64,000 nucleotides of DNA from assembly GCA_965209155.1 (NCBI GenBank), contig OZ242383.1, forward strand, positions 2,816,001 to 2,880,000, read 5' to 3'. The notes beneath the pieces were generated by a model that had not been told where the DNA came from, did not search any database, and was given only the letters and a program-made list of their open reading frames with translations. Made by a program: the position numbers and the translations under genes. Positions 42,383 through 52,945 of this stretch are shown here, piece by piece (position 1 is the first letter of the stretch; each line of letters opens with the position of its first letter). Source of the DNA: a bacterium (GTDB lineage Bacteria > SAR324 > NAC60-12).

Positions 42383-42691
42383 CTAGTTCTCCTGGAGTAG
42401 TGGTGCGAGCACCGGAATCTTTACGTCGAATCCCCACGCCTTGCAGACCTGGAACAGGTCCTTGGCGTCAACGACGTCCATGGGTTTGTGTAACTTGTAC
42501 TGAAGCTGCGACGCATCAGGCCGGAGCAGGCCGATCACGGTTTCGACGGGCGCGCAGCCTTCTTCGAGACAAGCCAGCTCGGTGACCGTGACCGTCATGT
42601 CTTCGGAAAGGCTCAGCGTTTCGCGCAATGCCTTCTTGATACGTCGAGCCCCTTCGGGCTTCGGGTAGCGCGGTGATCTGCCGATCAACAT
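42383..42691 (-). CDS. Small hypothetical protein coupled to the COG0523 gene
   Basis: ELACLEEGCAPVETV motif; GGAGG RBS; abuts the next gene. Confidence 0.75.
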   Translation of the reverse strand: MLIGRSPRYPKPEGARRIKKALRETLSLSEDMTVTVTELACLEEGCAPVETVIGLLRPDASQLQYKLHKPMDVVDAKDLFQVCKAWGFDVKIPVLAPLLQEN

Positions 42692-42895
42692 ACCTTTCCT
42701 CCCTCCAGACGACGAGAACAGCCCGGATGAGCCACGGTTTCGACAACCCTTCTACCGTAGACCCATCGAAGAGCAGCTGCCGGACTCGCAACAAGACGAC
42801 CCGCGATGCCCAGATGGCCATGAGTGAAGACTGTCGCCTGCGTTTGTTTTCCGCGCGGGTTCATAAGGCGCACTCGTCGATAATGGTGATTGGTA

Positions 42896-42916
42896 TAATG
42901 TTATAACATAACATTA
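42896..42916. promoter_or_regulatory. Zur box
   Basis: Perfect TAATGTTAT-AAC-ATAACATTA palindrome upstream of the COG0523 operon. Confidence 0.85.
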
Positions 42917-42925
42917 ACAATACAA

Positions 42926-43168
42926 GTCTCTGAAAAACCCGTTCACTTACAAAGTTTTTAAGCAAGATTCCCAGGGAAGATCAATCGTTTTCTCGTCTTT
43001 CCAAGATATGGTTCAATCGATCAAGTGGGAACCCTCTTTTTCACTAAAACAAGAGTGAAGGGATGATTTTAGCATAACTATTTATACAACGTCAACCCCC
43101 AAATGAAAAAATATGCAGGATTCGTAAAAAAAATTGAAAATTGATCAATCAGGGAGATCCGCTTCTTT
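42926..43168 (-). repeat. Promoter/leader module, copy 1
   Basis: Homologous to 52270-52528 and 58319-58590; TTGACG-18-TAAAAT. Confidence 0.85.
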
Positions 43169-43340
43169 ATGATCATGAGCCAATAAGCGAATGTTCACTC
43201 CACCATCCAGTGTTTTTTCCAATGGCGATAATGATCGTAAACGTTGCTTTAAAACTCCATGCGGGGGTTATTGGGGAGAGCCATGAATTCCCCAGACCCT
43301 CCGCGTGGAGATCGATGTGCTTCTTGTTGACAAAGAATGA

Positions 43341-43781
43341 TCAGATATCAGACTGGGAAGATTTGGAATCCGTGTCAAAAAATCGTGAAAAAAACCGGTA
43401 TTCAAAGAACTCTGACATGGAATTTCGATGCCCGTCCTTGGAATAACCCCAGTGATGACCGCGTTTTCCACCTCGATGGTGTCTTCCTTTTCCTTTCCAA
43501 CGATCATTGCGCATTTCTTTCAACTGCTCCAATTGCTCTTCACTGAGCACCGCTTCGAATTGTTCTCGGGTCTCTTGACGCAGCGCGCGTAATTCTTTTT
43601 GCAATGCATCTTCTTTCATTTCAGATTCTTCAAATATCTTGCGCAAACTGTCCATCTGCTCATCATTGAGTTCCAGTCGCTCTTGCAACCGGTCCAGATA
43701 GCCTTCGATGGAATGCGCAGCCACCACGGCTCCTACCAACAAACTGACACCAACCAAACTTCCAACAATCACTTTTTTCAT
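43341..43781 (-). CDS. Periplasmic Spy/CpxP-like protein
   Basis: Signal peptide; LELNDEQ and VLSEEQ (LTxxQ-like) motifs. Confidence 0.75.
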   Translation of the reverse strand: MKKVIVGSLVGVSLLVGAVVAAHSIEGYLDRLQERLELNDEQMDSLRKIFEESEMKEDALQKELRALRQETREQFEAVLSEEQLEQLKEMRNDRWKGKGRHHRGGKRGHHWGYSKDGHRNSMSEFFEYRFFSRFFDTDSKSSQSDI

Positions 43782-43910
43782 AGTTACCTCATTTCAATCA
43801 GGATTGATAAACCGGACGTCGACCTTCGACATCCACTGAGGCCAGTATAAACAATTCAATGTTTTTTGAGGGTCAACGGAGTGTAAAGATTTTGTAAATT
43901 TTCTCGACCC

Positions 43911-44303
43911 GCGCCGGATCGGGCGCAGGGCAGGTTCGCCATTGAGGTCACGGTGACGAACCATTCGCTGCCGGGGCAACAGTACGAGCAGGCTGGCATT
44001 ACCTGGTATAATGATGGCAAACCGGTCTTTAAGGAAGTCAAGGAACTGGTCGACGGCAATCTCTACATCATCCCCGGAAAGCAGCCGATGCCGACGAAAA
44101 GCGTCCGACTTCGGTTGGTGGTTACCGCTCATTCATGGGAGGCCCAGTATCGCCCGGAAGGCGCCGCTGAATTCCAAACGGCAGCGACAGGCGAACTCCC
44201 TCCGCCGAACAACGACCAAGTGAGTATTCAGTGCTATCATGGCCCGCCGGATGAGGAACATTGGATTCGCTTCGAGCATTTCAGCATCAAGCAATTATCG
44301 TAG
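43911..44303 (+). pseudogene. 5'-truncated copy of the gene at 54807-55373
   Basis: Near-identical to ~54981-55373; lacks the first ~58 codons. Confidence 0.85.
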
Positions 44304-45128
44304 CTTGCCAGCAACAATCCGCTTGAGTGCGGATTCTAAGCGAGGCGCCTGCTCCGTCAGTGCTGGCAGGAGGGAATCGTCGGTGACCTCGAGGCGTAAC
44401 GGGGTAATGGATATGAGCCCCCGATTGAGAGCCCAGACATCCGTTCCCTCTACGATGTCGGGATGGTCCGCTGCGATTGCGGAGAGCATGTTATAGTAGA
44501 GTCCATCGCTGCCCTGTTCCGTTCTCAATCTCCAGTATTTAACAGGAGAGAGTTTGGTGACGGCAATACCCCGGATTTCTCCGCGAGGGACACTGGGGAC
44601 GTTCACATTGAGGGTGAGGCCCGGTGGCATTTCACCGTCTGCCATGTTGCGCGCCAACAATTCGGAAACCGTAGCGGCAAGGTGGAAAAGTGGCTCTCTC
44701 TGGTCTTGCGGCCCATCCAGGCTCAGCGAGACGGCAATTGATGGGATCCTGGGATTGCGGGTATGAGCCACCCGGGTCGCCATGGTGGTCCCCGATCCAA
44801 GGACATTAGCGCTACCGACATTGGCACCCGTGTTGATGCCAGAGACGACGAGGTCAATCTTGCCTTCAGCCAAGGGCCCTAAGCCCAGGATCACACAATC
44901 ACACGGTGTGCCACTGACGGCATAGGCACGCGCACCCTCGATGGCAGACGTTCGTTCAGCAGCAGCAATCCCGTTATGATAGGATATGGCGGTTCCCACG
45001 CCACTCTGTTCTTGGTCAGGGGCAACAATGAGCACCTCCCCGATCCGGCTCATCGCGTCGGCGAGAGCCTGGATACCGGGCGAATCGATGCCGTCGTCGT
45101 TTGTGACCAGAATCTTCATAATCCGCAA
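44295..45128 (-). CDS. surE: 5'/3'-nucleotidase
   Basis: ILVTNDDGI, GTPCDCV, VSGINTGAN, SGT, ISITPL. Confidence 0.93.
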   Translation of the reverse strand: MRIMKILVTNDDGIDSPGIQALADAMSRIGEVLIVAPDQEQSGVGTAISYHNGIAAAERTSAIEGARAYAVSGTPCDCVILGLGPLAEGKIDLVVSGINTGANVGSANVLGSGTTMATRVAHTRNPRIPSIAVSLSLDGPQDQREPLFHLAATVSELLARNMADGEMPPGLTLNVNVPSVPRGEIRGIAVTKLSPVKYWRLRTEQGSDGLYYNMLSAIAADHPDIVEGTDVWALNRGLISITPLRLEVTDDSLLPALTEQAPRLESALKRIVAGKLR

Positions 45129-45243
45129 GATGCACCCTCGGTCTCTTGTATAAAGAGTTGTAACTTTGAATATATCTTAATATATCATAGCCCATTACAG
45201 AATCTCAATTCATGAAAACAATTTGTTCTCAAGAAGGAATATT

Positions 45244-46731
45244 ATGGTTCGGATTGCGCACGCAGGATTTCACCATGAAACCAACACTTTTGCCCCCATG
45301 AAGACCACCTGGGACAATTTCAGCCGTTCTGCCATGGGGCTGGTTCAAGGGGAAGCGCTGCTTGAAAAACTGGCTGGAATGAACATTGGCACTGGGGGGT
45401 TCATTGAAGAAGCGCAAAAGTTGGGCCATGAGTTAGCTCCTATTACCTGGGCCAGTGCAGAACCCGCAGCCCATGTGACTGTAGATGCTTTTGAGCGAAT
45501 GTCCACTCTCATTAGAGAAGGATTGGAAACCCAAACCCCTTACGAGGCGGTTTATCTTTGTTTGCATGGAGCCATGGTTACGGAACATCTTGAGGATGCG
45601 GAAGGTGAATTGATGCGACGAGTCCGAGAAGTAATTGGCACGGAAATGCCCTTGGTTGCCAGCTTGGACCTGCATTCTAATACCACAGAAGCCATGCTCG
45701 CCCTCACCGACGGATTGGTGGCTTACCGAACCTACCCTCACGTGGATATGGCAGTGACAGGTCGACGTGCGGCACACTTCCTTCACAACATCCTTATGGG
45801 TTCTAAACCTGCCAAAGCACGACGAGCATTGCCGTTCTTGATTCCTTTAACCGGGCAATGCACCATGATGCCTCCAACCCAAGGCGTGTATGAAATACTG
45901 GAAGAGTTGGAGCAAACCCCAGGGGTTCAACTCATCTCTTTCACTCCCGGTTTCCCTGCAGCTGATATTCGGGATTGCGGACCCGTGGTAGTTGCGTATG
46001 GGGATGATCAAGCCAGTGCGGATGGTGCTGTGGATGCGCTTTACAATTATATTGTGGCTCGTGAAAAGGAATTCCAGGTGCCTTTTCAATCTCCAGAGGA
46101 TGCGGTGCGGAAAGCCATGGGCTCCAATGCCCATAAACCTACGGTCCTTGCAGATGCGCAAGACAACAGTGGGGCTGGTGCCACCTCAGACACAACCGGA
46201 TTATTGAGAGCCATGGTTCGATTACAAGCAGACGATTGTGTTTTGGGAATCATGGTCGATCCCGAAGTGGCCCAAGCAGCCCATGAGGCAGGAGAAGGGG
46301 CCGAGATTGAGGTAGCCCTCGGGGGTAAGGTTTTCACGGAAGGCGATCCTCCCTTGGAGGGTCGATTTAAAATAGAAAAGTTAGGAGATGGAAAAATCAC
46401 ATGTACGGGTCCTATGTTTGGGGGATGGAAAGTGCAATTGGGGCCGATGGCGCTCTTGCGGATAGGGGGAGTGCGTGTGGTGGTTTCCACTCATCGAATG
46501 CAAGCTGGCGATCAGGCATTGTTTCGCCATCTCGGTATTGAACCCGCTGAAGAGAAAATTCTAGGACTGAAGAGCACGGTTCACTTTCGGGCAGATTTTG
46601 CTCCGATTGCCGAAGAAATTTTGGTAGTGAAAGCGCCTGGCGCTTTTGTTGATCAGCCAGAAACTCTCCCCTATAAAAACCTACGTGCTGGGGTGCGCGT
46701 GTGCCCTGGGGGGCCAGAACACGCTCCATAA
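45244..46731 (+). CDS. MlrC/M81-family metallopeptidase
   Basis: HETNTF, LHGAMV, DLHSN, TYPHVD, DNSGAG, KSTVHFRA. Confidence 0.93.
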   Translation: MVRIAHAGFHHETNTFAPMKTTWDNFSRSAMGLVQGEALLEKLAGMNIGTGGFIEEAQKLGHELAPITWASAEPAAHVTVDAFERMSTLIREGLETQTPYEAVYLCLHGAMVTEHLEDAEGELMRRVREVIGTEMPLVASLDLHSNTTEAMLALTDGLVAYRTYPHVDMAVTGRRAAHFLHNILMGSKPAKARRALPFLIPLTGQCTMMPPTQGVYEILEELEQTPGVQLISFTPGFPAADIRDCGPVVVAYGDDQASADGAVDALYNYIVAREKEFQVPFQSPEDAVRKAMGSNAHKPTVLADAQDNSGAGATSDTTGLLRAMVRLQADDCVLGIMVDPEVAQAAHEAGEGAEIEVALGGKVFTEGDPPLEGRFKIEKLGDGKITCTGPMFGGWKVQLGPMALLRIGGVRVVVSTHRMQAGDQALFRHLGIEPAEEKILGLKSTVHFRADFAPIAEEILVVKAPGAFVDQPETLPYKNLRAGVRVCPGGPEHAP

Positions 46732-46869
46732 ACTGCCATCGTTTTTTTTTAAGCATTGAATCCGACATTATTCTTCATCTATCCAAATAAATGAGGACGC
46801 TAAGACCTCTTCTTTTATGATTAGTATATGCGAATCAGGAGTTGAAATTTAATTTATAAAATCAGTAAT

Positions 46870-47431
46870 TAATCTCATTAAACCACCAGCTCTGCTGGTG
46901 CGAACCTAATAGGCTTTGCCGGTCAGACATGAGAAAGGTATCCGTGTCCGTTAGCCGTGCTCGTGTTCGTGAACGGTCAGTGAATTCGACGGCACATTTT
47001 GGTTAACATAGAAACAATGCGATGAAGTAACTGTTTCCCTTCGTCAAATAAAGGAGGCTGGATGATCTTCAACACGTTTAAAACATCGAGAATAGCAGCG
47101 CATTCCATTGCGGAACCTCGGGCAAATGCATAGAATCGTTGCTTGTCAGGAAAGGAATTTTTTCCACAGCCTTCTGCGATATTGAGAGGAATCGACCATG
47201 AGGCCCTTTTCAGTTGGTCAACTAAGGCTGGGTATCCTTTTGGCAATGTTTCGATGACTTGGACAGATAACGCTAAAAATTCGATGGAACATGGGTATAC
47301 ATCGAGTTTTTCATGATCTAACATGGCAGCCTTTTTCGTTCACGAGCACGAGCACGTCTTACGATGACGAACACGTTTTGCCCTCATCCTGGGGGCCTCT
47401 TCAAGCCACCGGCTCTGCCGGTGGTGATGAC
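46870..47431 (+). mobile_element. Non-autonomous IS200/IS605-type element C, copy 2
   Basis: 562 bp with the same ends as 16239-16800 and only a few substitutions. Confidence 0.85.
46977..47324 (-). CDS. Four-helix-bundle protein, copy 2
   Basis: Same protein as 16346-16693 except Q->P and S->P. Confidence 0.9.
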   Translation of the reverse strand: MLDHEKLDVYPCSIEFLALSVQVIETLPKGYPALVDQLKRASWSIPLNIAEGCGKNSFPDKQRFYAFARGSAMECAAILDVLNVLKIIQPPLFDEGKQLLHRIVSMLTKMCRRIH

Positions 47432-47741
47432 TTAATAATTAACCTGAGTTCGACATAAATCTTCAATAATATGAGTATCCTGGTGTATGTGTCATACCGG
47501 TCCCGGATCATTCCGGACTCGATCCGGGACCGGGATGATCCGATTTCCAGGGTTCGTGCTGGATTCCTGATTGTGCATTCCTCTGAATTCCTGCTCAAGC
47601 CAGGAATGACACTCTCTGTGCCAGGAATGACGCGCTCATGGATTCCTGGTCAAGCCAGGAATGACACACTCCTGGATTCCTGGTCTCGGATCAAGTCCGG
47701 GATGCCAAGAATGACACGTTTTTAACTCCTGATTCACATGT

Positions 47742-49115
47742 TTAGTATGGGAATTCAAATTTTTTCAAAATTTCCCCACAGGAGTTGATTTGATAATCAC
47801 CCTCCTCATTCTTTTCAAATTTGAAGATTTCTCCTGGATATCTATCTGGGTGGGTTGTCGGCATCTTAAATTCGAGATCTCTTTCATGCTGACAGATTTG
47901 TAAGGTCTCAGCAGGATTCTCAGAACCGGGTTCGCTGATCACAATGGAATCCCGAATTTTATGAGACAATGAAACTCCCCAGAGAGAGGAATAAAATCCC
48001 TGGATTGCTGAAAAATCTATCGATTTCATCAATTCCCGAGTTGCTTTGGATTCTGATCCGTAATCCTCAAAATGGGTGAGGGCATGATGGATTAAATCAG
48101 AGATCCCGGTAAAAAGCATTTGCGCAGGGCCATTGATGGCGTTCAACAAAACGACAAGGATCAATTTGTGCTCTTGATTCAATCCCGAGAAAGTCGCAAA
48201 CCCCGGATAACTCCCTCCATGAAAGACATAGGAGAGTTGTCCCAATTTCCTGATCGTAAACCCAAGTCCCCTTTGAAAATCTCTATCTTGAAATTGCGCT
48301 CGCTGCATTTCACGTTTGTACAGATCAGGAAATAAGCGATCATTGCCAAACATGTGGGCTTGATAAAATTTGATCAAATCTTCCACATTGCTACTCAGTC
48401 CTGTGGCGCTATTCATACTATTGGCCGAGGTATGCTTCAACACTGGTCTGGGTTCATTGGGGAACTTCAAGCCATACCCGGTGGCATGCTGTGAGAGATT
48501 TTCTTCTGAAAGGTCGGGATAAGTGTGTTCCATCTCGAGGGAATGGGCCAATGCTGAAATATAGTCTTCGTACGATTGACCACTGACTTTGCTCACAATC
48601 ATGCCAAGAATGGTGAAGCCGATGTTGGAATATTTGTAATGTTCATTGATGCCAAAAACCGTGATCCCCTTTTGAATGATGGCTTTCATTTCATCAAAGC
48701 CGGGGAATTGCTGGGTGATCCAATGACCATAATCACTGTCCCGCGTGATCCCGCTGGAATGCGTTAATAAATGTCTGATGCGGATATGCTCCATTTTTTC
48801 ATCATGGGGGGAATGGAACCATTCCAAGTGTTGAGAGACCCGATCATCCAGAGACAATTTATCCTCCGAATACAACTTCATGATGGCGGTGGCCGTGAAT
48901 AATTTGGAGTGAGAAGCAATTCGATATAAAGTCGAGGGGGTGGCTTTGGTTTGGGTTTCCAAATTGGCATAACCATAGGCTTTTTGAAAAAGGGTCTCCT
49001 CTTCCATAAAAATTCCAACAGCCACACTGGGAATTTCTTTGATATACGTTTGGTAATGAATCCAATTGTCAATCAATCCGATGATGTATTTAACTTTCTC
49101 TTTGTTGGTTTTCAT
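47742..49115 (-). CDS. Serine hydrolase, beta-lactamase/peptidase S12 family
   Basis: SHSK (SxxK), LLTHSSG, YSN, HGG. Confidence 0.92.
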   Translation of the reverse strand: MKTNKEKVKYIIGLIDNWIHYQTYIKEIPSVAVGIFMEEETLFQKAYGYANLETQTKATPSTLYRIASHSKLFTATAIMKLYSEDKLSLDDRVSQHLEWFHSPHDEKMEHIRIRHLLTHSSGITRDSDYGHWITQQFPGFDEMKAIIQKGITVFGINEHYKYSNIGFTILGMIVSKVSGQSYEDYISALAHSLEMEHTYPDLSEENLSQHATGYGLKFPNEPRPVLKHTSANSMNSATGLSSNVEDLIKFYQAHMFGNDRLFPDLYKREMQRAQFQDRDFQRGLGFTIRKLGQLSYVFHGGSYPGFATFSGLNQEHKLILVVLLNAINGPAQMLFTGISDLIHHALTHFEDYGSESKATRELMKSIDFSAIQGFYSSLWGVSLSHKIRDSIVISEPGSENPAETLQICQHERDLEFKMPTTHPDRYPGEIFKFEKNEEGDYQINSCGEILKKFEFPY

Positions 49116-49295
49116 TGGTAAATGGCCTGTTTAAAGTGTGATCAATAAAGCATGGGATGAGGCGAGAGGTGTTCTGCCTTGCCAAAGAGTCGCCTGGCCT
49201 CCCACCGATTATTCATCCCCATAGAAAATCAAAAATGACGTAAGAAGATACCATTTGAAAAAGGGTCTGTAAAGAGAAAGTGACGAGAGCTCCGG

Positions 49296-49384
49296 CAGGT
49301 CTCTCATAGCGTTACCGAACATGTTGAGACTGCAGATGACAATCGTCAGGCAAATCCCCGGCCAGAGCACCTGTGACTATTCAT
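49296..49384 (-). pseudogene. Internally deleted dppC-like remnant
   Basis: ATG overlapping the dppB end, joined out of frame to VLWPGICLTIVICSLNMFGNAMRDL. Confidence 0.75.
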
Positions 49385-50339
49385 ACCGTACCCTCGGGTC
49401 CAAATAGGGATAAACCAGGTCGATGAGGAGATTGAGCAGCACCACACCGGTGGCGAAAAAGAGGTTGACTCCGGAGACCATCGGGTAGTCTCGGTCATTG
49501 AGGGCACTCAGCAAGAGACGTCCGAGCCCCGGCAGGTTGAAGATGTTCTCCATGATCACGGCGCCGCCCACCACGATCGGCAACTGCAGGCCAATCAGGG
49601 TCACCACTGGGATGAGGGCATTTTTGAGGGTGTGCCGGATAATCACGACACGCTCCCTGAGCCCCTTGGACCAGGCGGTGCGGATATAGTCCTGTCTTAA
49701 GACCTCCAGCATCATAGTACGCATCATCCGCATGGTGGCAGCCGAGGAGGCCGTCCCCAGAATCAGGCTGGGGAAGAAGAGCCCCCAGAGATTCCCCAGC
49801 GGGTCCTCGGTGAAAGGAACCCATTCCAGCGGGGGTGTCCAACCCCACCAGATAGTCGGGTAGATCATCACCATTACACCCAGCCAGAAGTTCGGCGTGG
49901 CCAAGCCGATGACGGCGATGCTGCGCCCCAGGTAGTCGGCGGCCGTATCCTTGCGAATCGCCGAGTAGATGCCAACTGGCAGGGCGATCAAGAGCCCGAA
50001 TACGATTGCCAGGACGCCGAGTTCGATGGTGACCGGCAGTCTATCTATGATCTTCTCCTCTACCGTCAAAGCACCGCCAAACAGTGATTCGCCAAGGGTG
50101 CCGTGCAGGAAAATACCCCCCACCCAGCGTCCATACTGCATGTAGACAGGCACATCTAATCCCAGCCGTCGCTCAACGGCTTCACGGTCAATCAGGCCTG
50201 CTCCATATAATTCCATCCTGCCTTGTATTACGTCTACTACATCGCCGGGGATGAAGCGCACCGAGAGGAAGACCAGGATGGTCAAGATCAACACGGTGGG
50301 GATTACCAGCAATAACCGCCTGATGAGATAGGCTCTCAT
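49377..50339 (-). CDS. Peptide/nickel ABC permease, DppB/OppB family
   Basis: Paralogue of 6225-7181. Confidence 0.95.
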   Translation of the reverse strand: MRAYLIRRLLLVIPTVLILTILVFLSVRFIPGDVVDVIQGRMELYGAGLIDREAVERRLGLDVPVYMQYGRWVGGIFLHGTLGESLFGGALTVEEKIIDRLPVTIELGVLAIVFGLLIALPVGIYSAIRKDTAADYLGRSIAVIGLATPNFWLGVMVMIYPTIWWGWTPPLEWVPFTEDPLGNLWGLFFPSLILGTASSAATMRMMRTMMLEVLRQDYIRTAWSKGLRERVVIIRHTLKNALIPVVTLIGLQLPIVVGGAVIMENIFNLPGLGRLLLSALNDRDYPMVSGVNLFFATGVVLLNLLIDLVYPYLDPRVRYE

Positions 50340-50348
50340 CTGAAATCC

Positions 50349-52235
50349 CTAATGCCCCATTTCTTTCTTCAGATCACTATCAATCCAGAGGCGGGTGAAG
50401 ACGGTGTTATATTGATTGGCTCCCAAATTCAATTCAGCGTTATAACCCTTGACCCACGGCTGAATCGCAATATAACCTGGGGAAATTGGACCCCATAAAC
50501 ACCATTTCTGCTCTATCTCATACTGATTCATCTCTCCAACTAACCTGTTCTGCTCCTCCACGGTCGTAGCCGCTTTGGCAGCTTCATACAAGGCGTCATA
50601 ATGCGGGTCGCTGGCATTGCCGCGGTTCGCTCGGTTGCCCGTCGTAAAGGCACTTACTAGTACCATTGGGAACCAATTCATGGCCCTTTCACAACTAAGC
50701 ATTTCGAACTCCCTCTCAGCTCTTCTAGCCATAAAGGAAGATATTTGTTCTATCTCAATGTCTTCTACCTCAATGCCAAGCTTACGCCAGTATGAAGCGA
50801 CCAATTCTACATAGTTCAGATCGTACCGATCCCAGTGCATCATATTAGTCTTAAATCGAATGCCATCTGCGCCGCGAGGATACCCGGCCGCATCCAGCAA
50901 CGCTTCGGCCGCTTCCGGGTCGTAGGTATAGCTTTCCTTGAGCTCTTCGGGCCACTCCTCAAATGGGGTGACAATCGCTGTAAAAGATACGTTTGACTGC
51001 CCCTGAGGTGTCACATCTGCATCACCTCCCCAGTAGGCTTGGTTAATTTCATCGAGGTTTATTGCCTTCTGCATGGCGATGCGCACCCTGATGTCAGAAA
51101 AATGCGGCAACTGAACGTTCAAGCCAATACCAAGATTCGACCGACCGTAAAATGGCTGTATCACGAGTTCGGGATTAGTCCGCTGGAGGCTCTCTAGCTG
51201 GTCGGGAGACGTCATCATAGTTAAGCCGATCGCACCGATGAAATCAACCTTAGCCGAGCGTATTGCCGCCATATAGGTTGCCACTTCCGGCATAATCAGG
51301 GATCTTATCCGGTCAAGATAGGGCAAGCGGTTCTCCGGGTATTTTTCGTCGTTGCCCCAGTAGTCAGAATTCTTGGTCCACGTTACAGAGCTTCCATCGA
51401 CCCAGTCAGTTAGCATCATGGGTCCGGTGCCGACCAGGTTCCTCCAGTCCGTCACGTCGCCGTATTCCATGATGACCTCGGGGGGATATATAAAGTAGGG
51501 AGAACCGTCGAGGATAGCATGCAGCGCACCGACGTTTAGCTCCTTCATCTTAAAAACAACCGTCGATTTGTCGGTGGCCGTTACCGATTCAAATTCGGGC
51601 CAGGCAAGAGCATGTTCGCTACGCTCAGTGAAACCGCTGCCCAAACCCAACAACCGGTGAAAGTTGAACTCGATATCCCGGGCTGTCAGCTCCCGACCGT
51701 TCATCGGCGGCTTATCATGCCAGTGAACGCCCTGGCGGACTTTGACGATATACGTCAGTGGATCGGACTGCGACCAGCTTTCCGCCAGAGCCCCTCTCGT
51801 GTTAGTTGGTACTAAGAGAAACTGGAAGGCAAATATGTCCCTGGGCGTTGCCCAGTCTGCCAGGGCCAGCTTCTCTAAAACGCCAGCGACGTAGAATTGC
51901 GCGTGAATGCCCTGTACCACGGTGTCAGGACCCACCGGCTGTTCTTTTGAGACCCAGGTGAATGTCCCGCCGTATTCCGGAGCGGTCACCATCTCACCAG
52001 TGGAGGGGTCTTTGACCATCTTTTTATCAGCAGCAACGGCCGGACTGCCCAAGAAAACTGCCACCCCCATGATGAAGGCCAACAGAATTGCGCTGAATTT
52101 TGAAATACTCCATTGATTATCCATCTTTTTCCTTTCTGCATTTTGATTAAAAACAAGATTCAGGATTGATCTAAATCCTGCTTTCGTTCCCGAAAGCGCA
52201 TTCTCGACGATGCTTCTACTTTTTTGACGATTCAT
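50349..52235 (-). CDS. Family 5 ABC substrate-binding protein
   Basis: PEYGGT, LAESW, GTGP, ALLDAAGY; ATG 52235 has an AAGGAG RBS. Confidence 0.93.
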   Translation of the reverse strand: MNRQKSRSIVENALSGTKAGFRSILNLVFNQNAERKKMDNQWSISKFSAILLAFIMGVAVFLGSPAVAADKKMVKDPSTGEMVTAPEYGGTFTWVSKEQPVGPDTVVQGIHAQFYVAGVLEKLALADWATPRDIFAFQFLLVPTNTRGALAESWSQSDPLTYIVKVRQGVHWHDKPPMNGRELTARDIEFNFHRLLGLGSGFTERSEHALAWPEFESVTATDKSTVVFKMKELNVGALHAILDGSPYFIYPPEVIMEYGDVTDWRNLVGTGPMMLTDWVDGSSVTWTKNSDYWGNDEKYPENRLPYLDRIRSLIMPEVATYMAAIRSAKVDFIGAIGLTMMTSPDQLESLQRTNPELVIQPFYGRSNLGIGLNVQLPHFSDIRVRIAMQKAINLDEINQAYWGGDADVTPQGQSNVSFTAIVTPFEEWPEELKESYTYDPEAAEALLDAAGYPRGADGIRFKTNMMHWDRYDLNYVELVASYWRKLGIEVEDIEIEQISSFMARRAEREFEMLSCERAMNWFPMVLVSAFTTGNRANRGNASDPHYDALYEAAKAATTVEEQNRLVGEMNQYEIEQKWCLWGPISPGYIAIQPWVKGYNAELNLGANQYNTVFTRLWIDSDLKKEMGH

Positions 52236-52269
52236 GGTACTCCTTACTGCTTTTTGATTAATAACAAGA

Positions 52270-52528
52270 GTAACTATCCAGGTCTCTGAAAAACCCATTC
52301 AGTTAAATATCATTGAAAAGATTCCCGGAGAGAACCGATCGTTTTCAAGTCCTCCCACGATATGGTTCAATCGATCGGGAACCCACTCTTTCACTAAAAC
52401 CACTTAGTGAAGGTATAATTCTAGCAATATATATTTTTTTGAATAATGTCAACCCCCAAATAAAAAAAATGCAGGATTCGTAAAAAAATGAAAAATCTAT
52501 CAATCAGTGAGATCCGCTTCTTTGTTCA
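52270..52528 (-). repeat. Promoter/leader module, copy 2
   Basis: TTGACA-23-TAGAAT followed by conserved hairpins. Confidence 0.85.
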
Positions 52529-52945
52529 TTCCTTAAAATCCGGGGACAGATACTAATTTCTATCATTTTCAGGTCTCCCTGGTTTCTTGGGTCTCCAATC
52601 TCGTTTGCTCATGGCTTCCGCCTTTCTCAAAAAACGGTCATCTCCTCAGGTCGACCCTTCCGAAAATGCGCTCGAACTCATTCTAAATCATGAGACTCCT
52701 CATTGAGACTCCATCCAATCGTCAGGACTCCCAAACCATTGATTTTGTTGAACCAAGGGATCTCTTTTCATTCTTAATTCTTCATTTCGAGACAGCAACT
52801 ATTTAGTGTCAGCAGAGAGTCTGAATGATTGAAAATTTATAGTTTCAGATAATCCGAACTATGTGCAATAATAGAGGAAACATAAGATTTGATTGTCATT
52901 AAAACGGTGTCTACTATGAAAACTACAAAGGTGAGGAGACCCCAA

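Larger units (their letters stand above)
46826..47741. mobile_element. Composite MITE A containing element C, the left end of B and tandem REP-like units
   Basis: Intact A ends GCGAATCAGGAGTT / AACTCCTGATTCAC. Confidence 0.82.

Noticed and set aside
42685..42873. 62-aa ORF between the Zur box and the operon
   Set aside because: No RBS or recognisable motif; it may be leader sequence or a gene remnant
47440..47720. Tandem CCAGGAATGAC units as a CRISPR array
   Set aside because: Irregular spacing, no unique spacers, no cas genes; they are REP-like MITE modules
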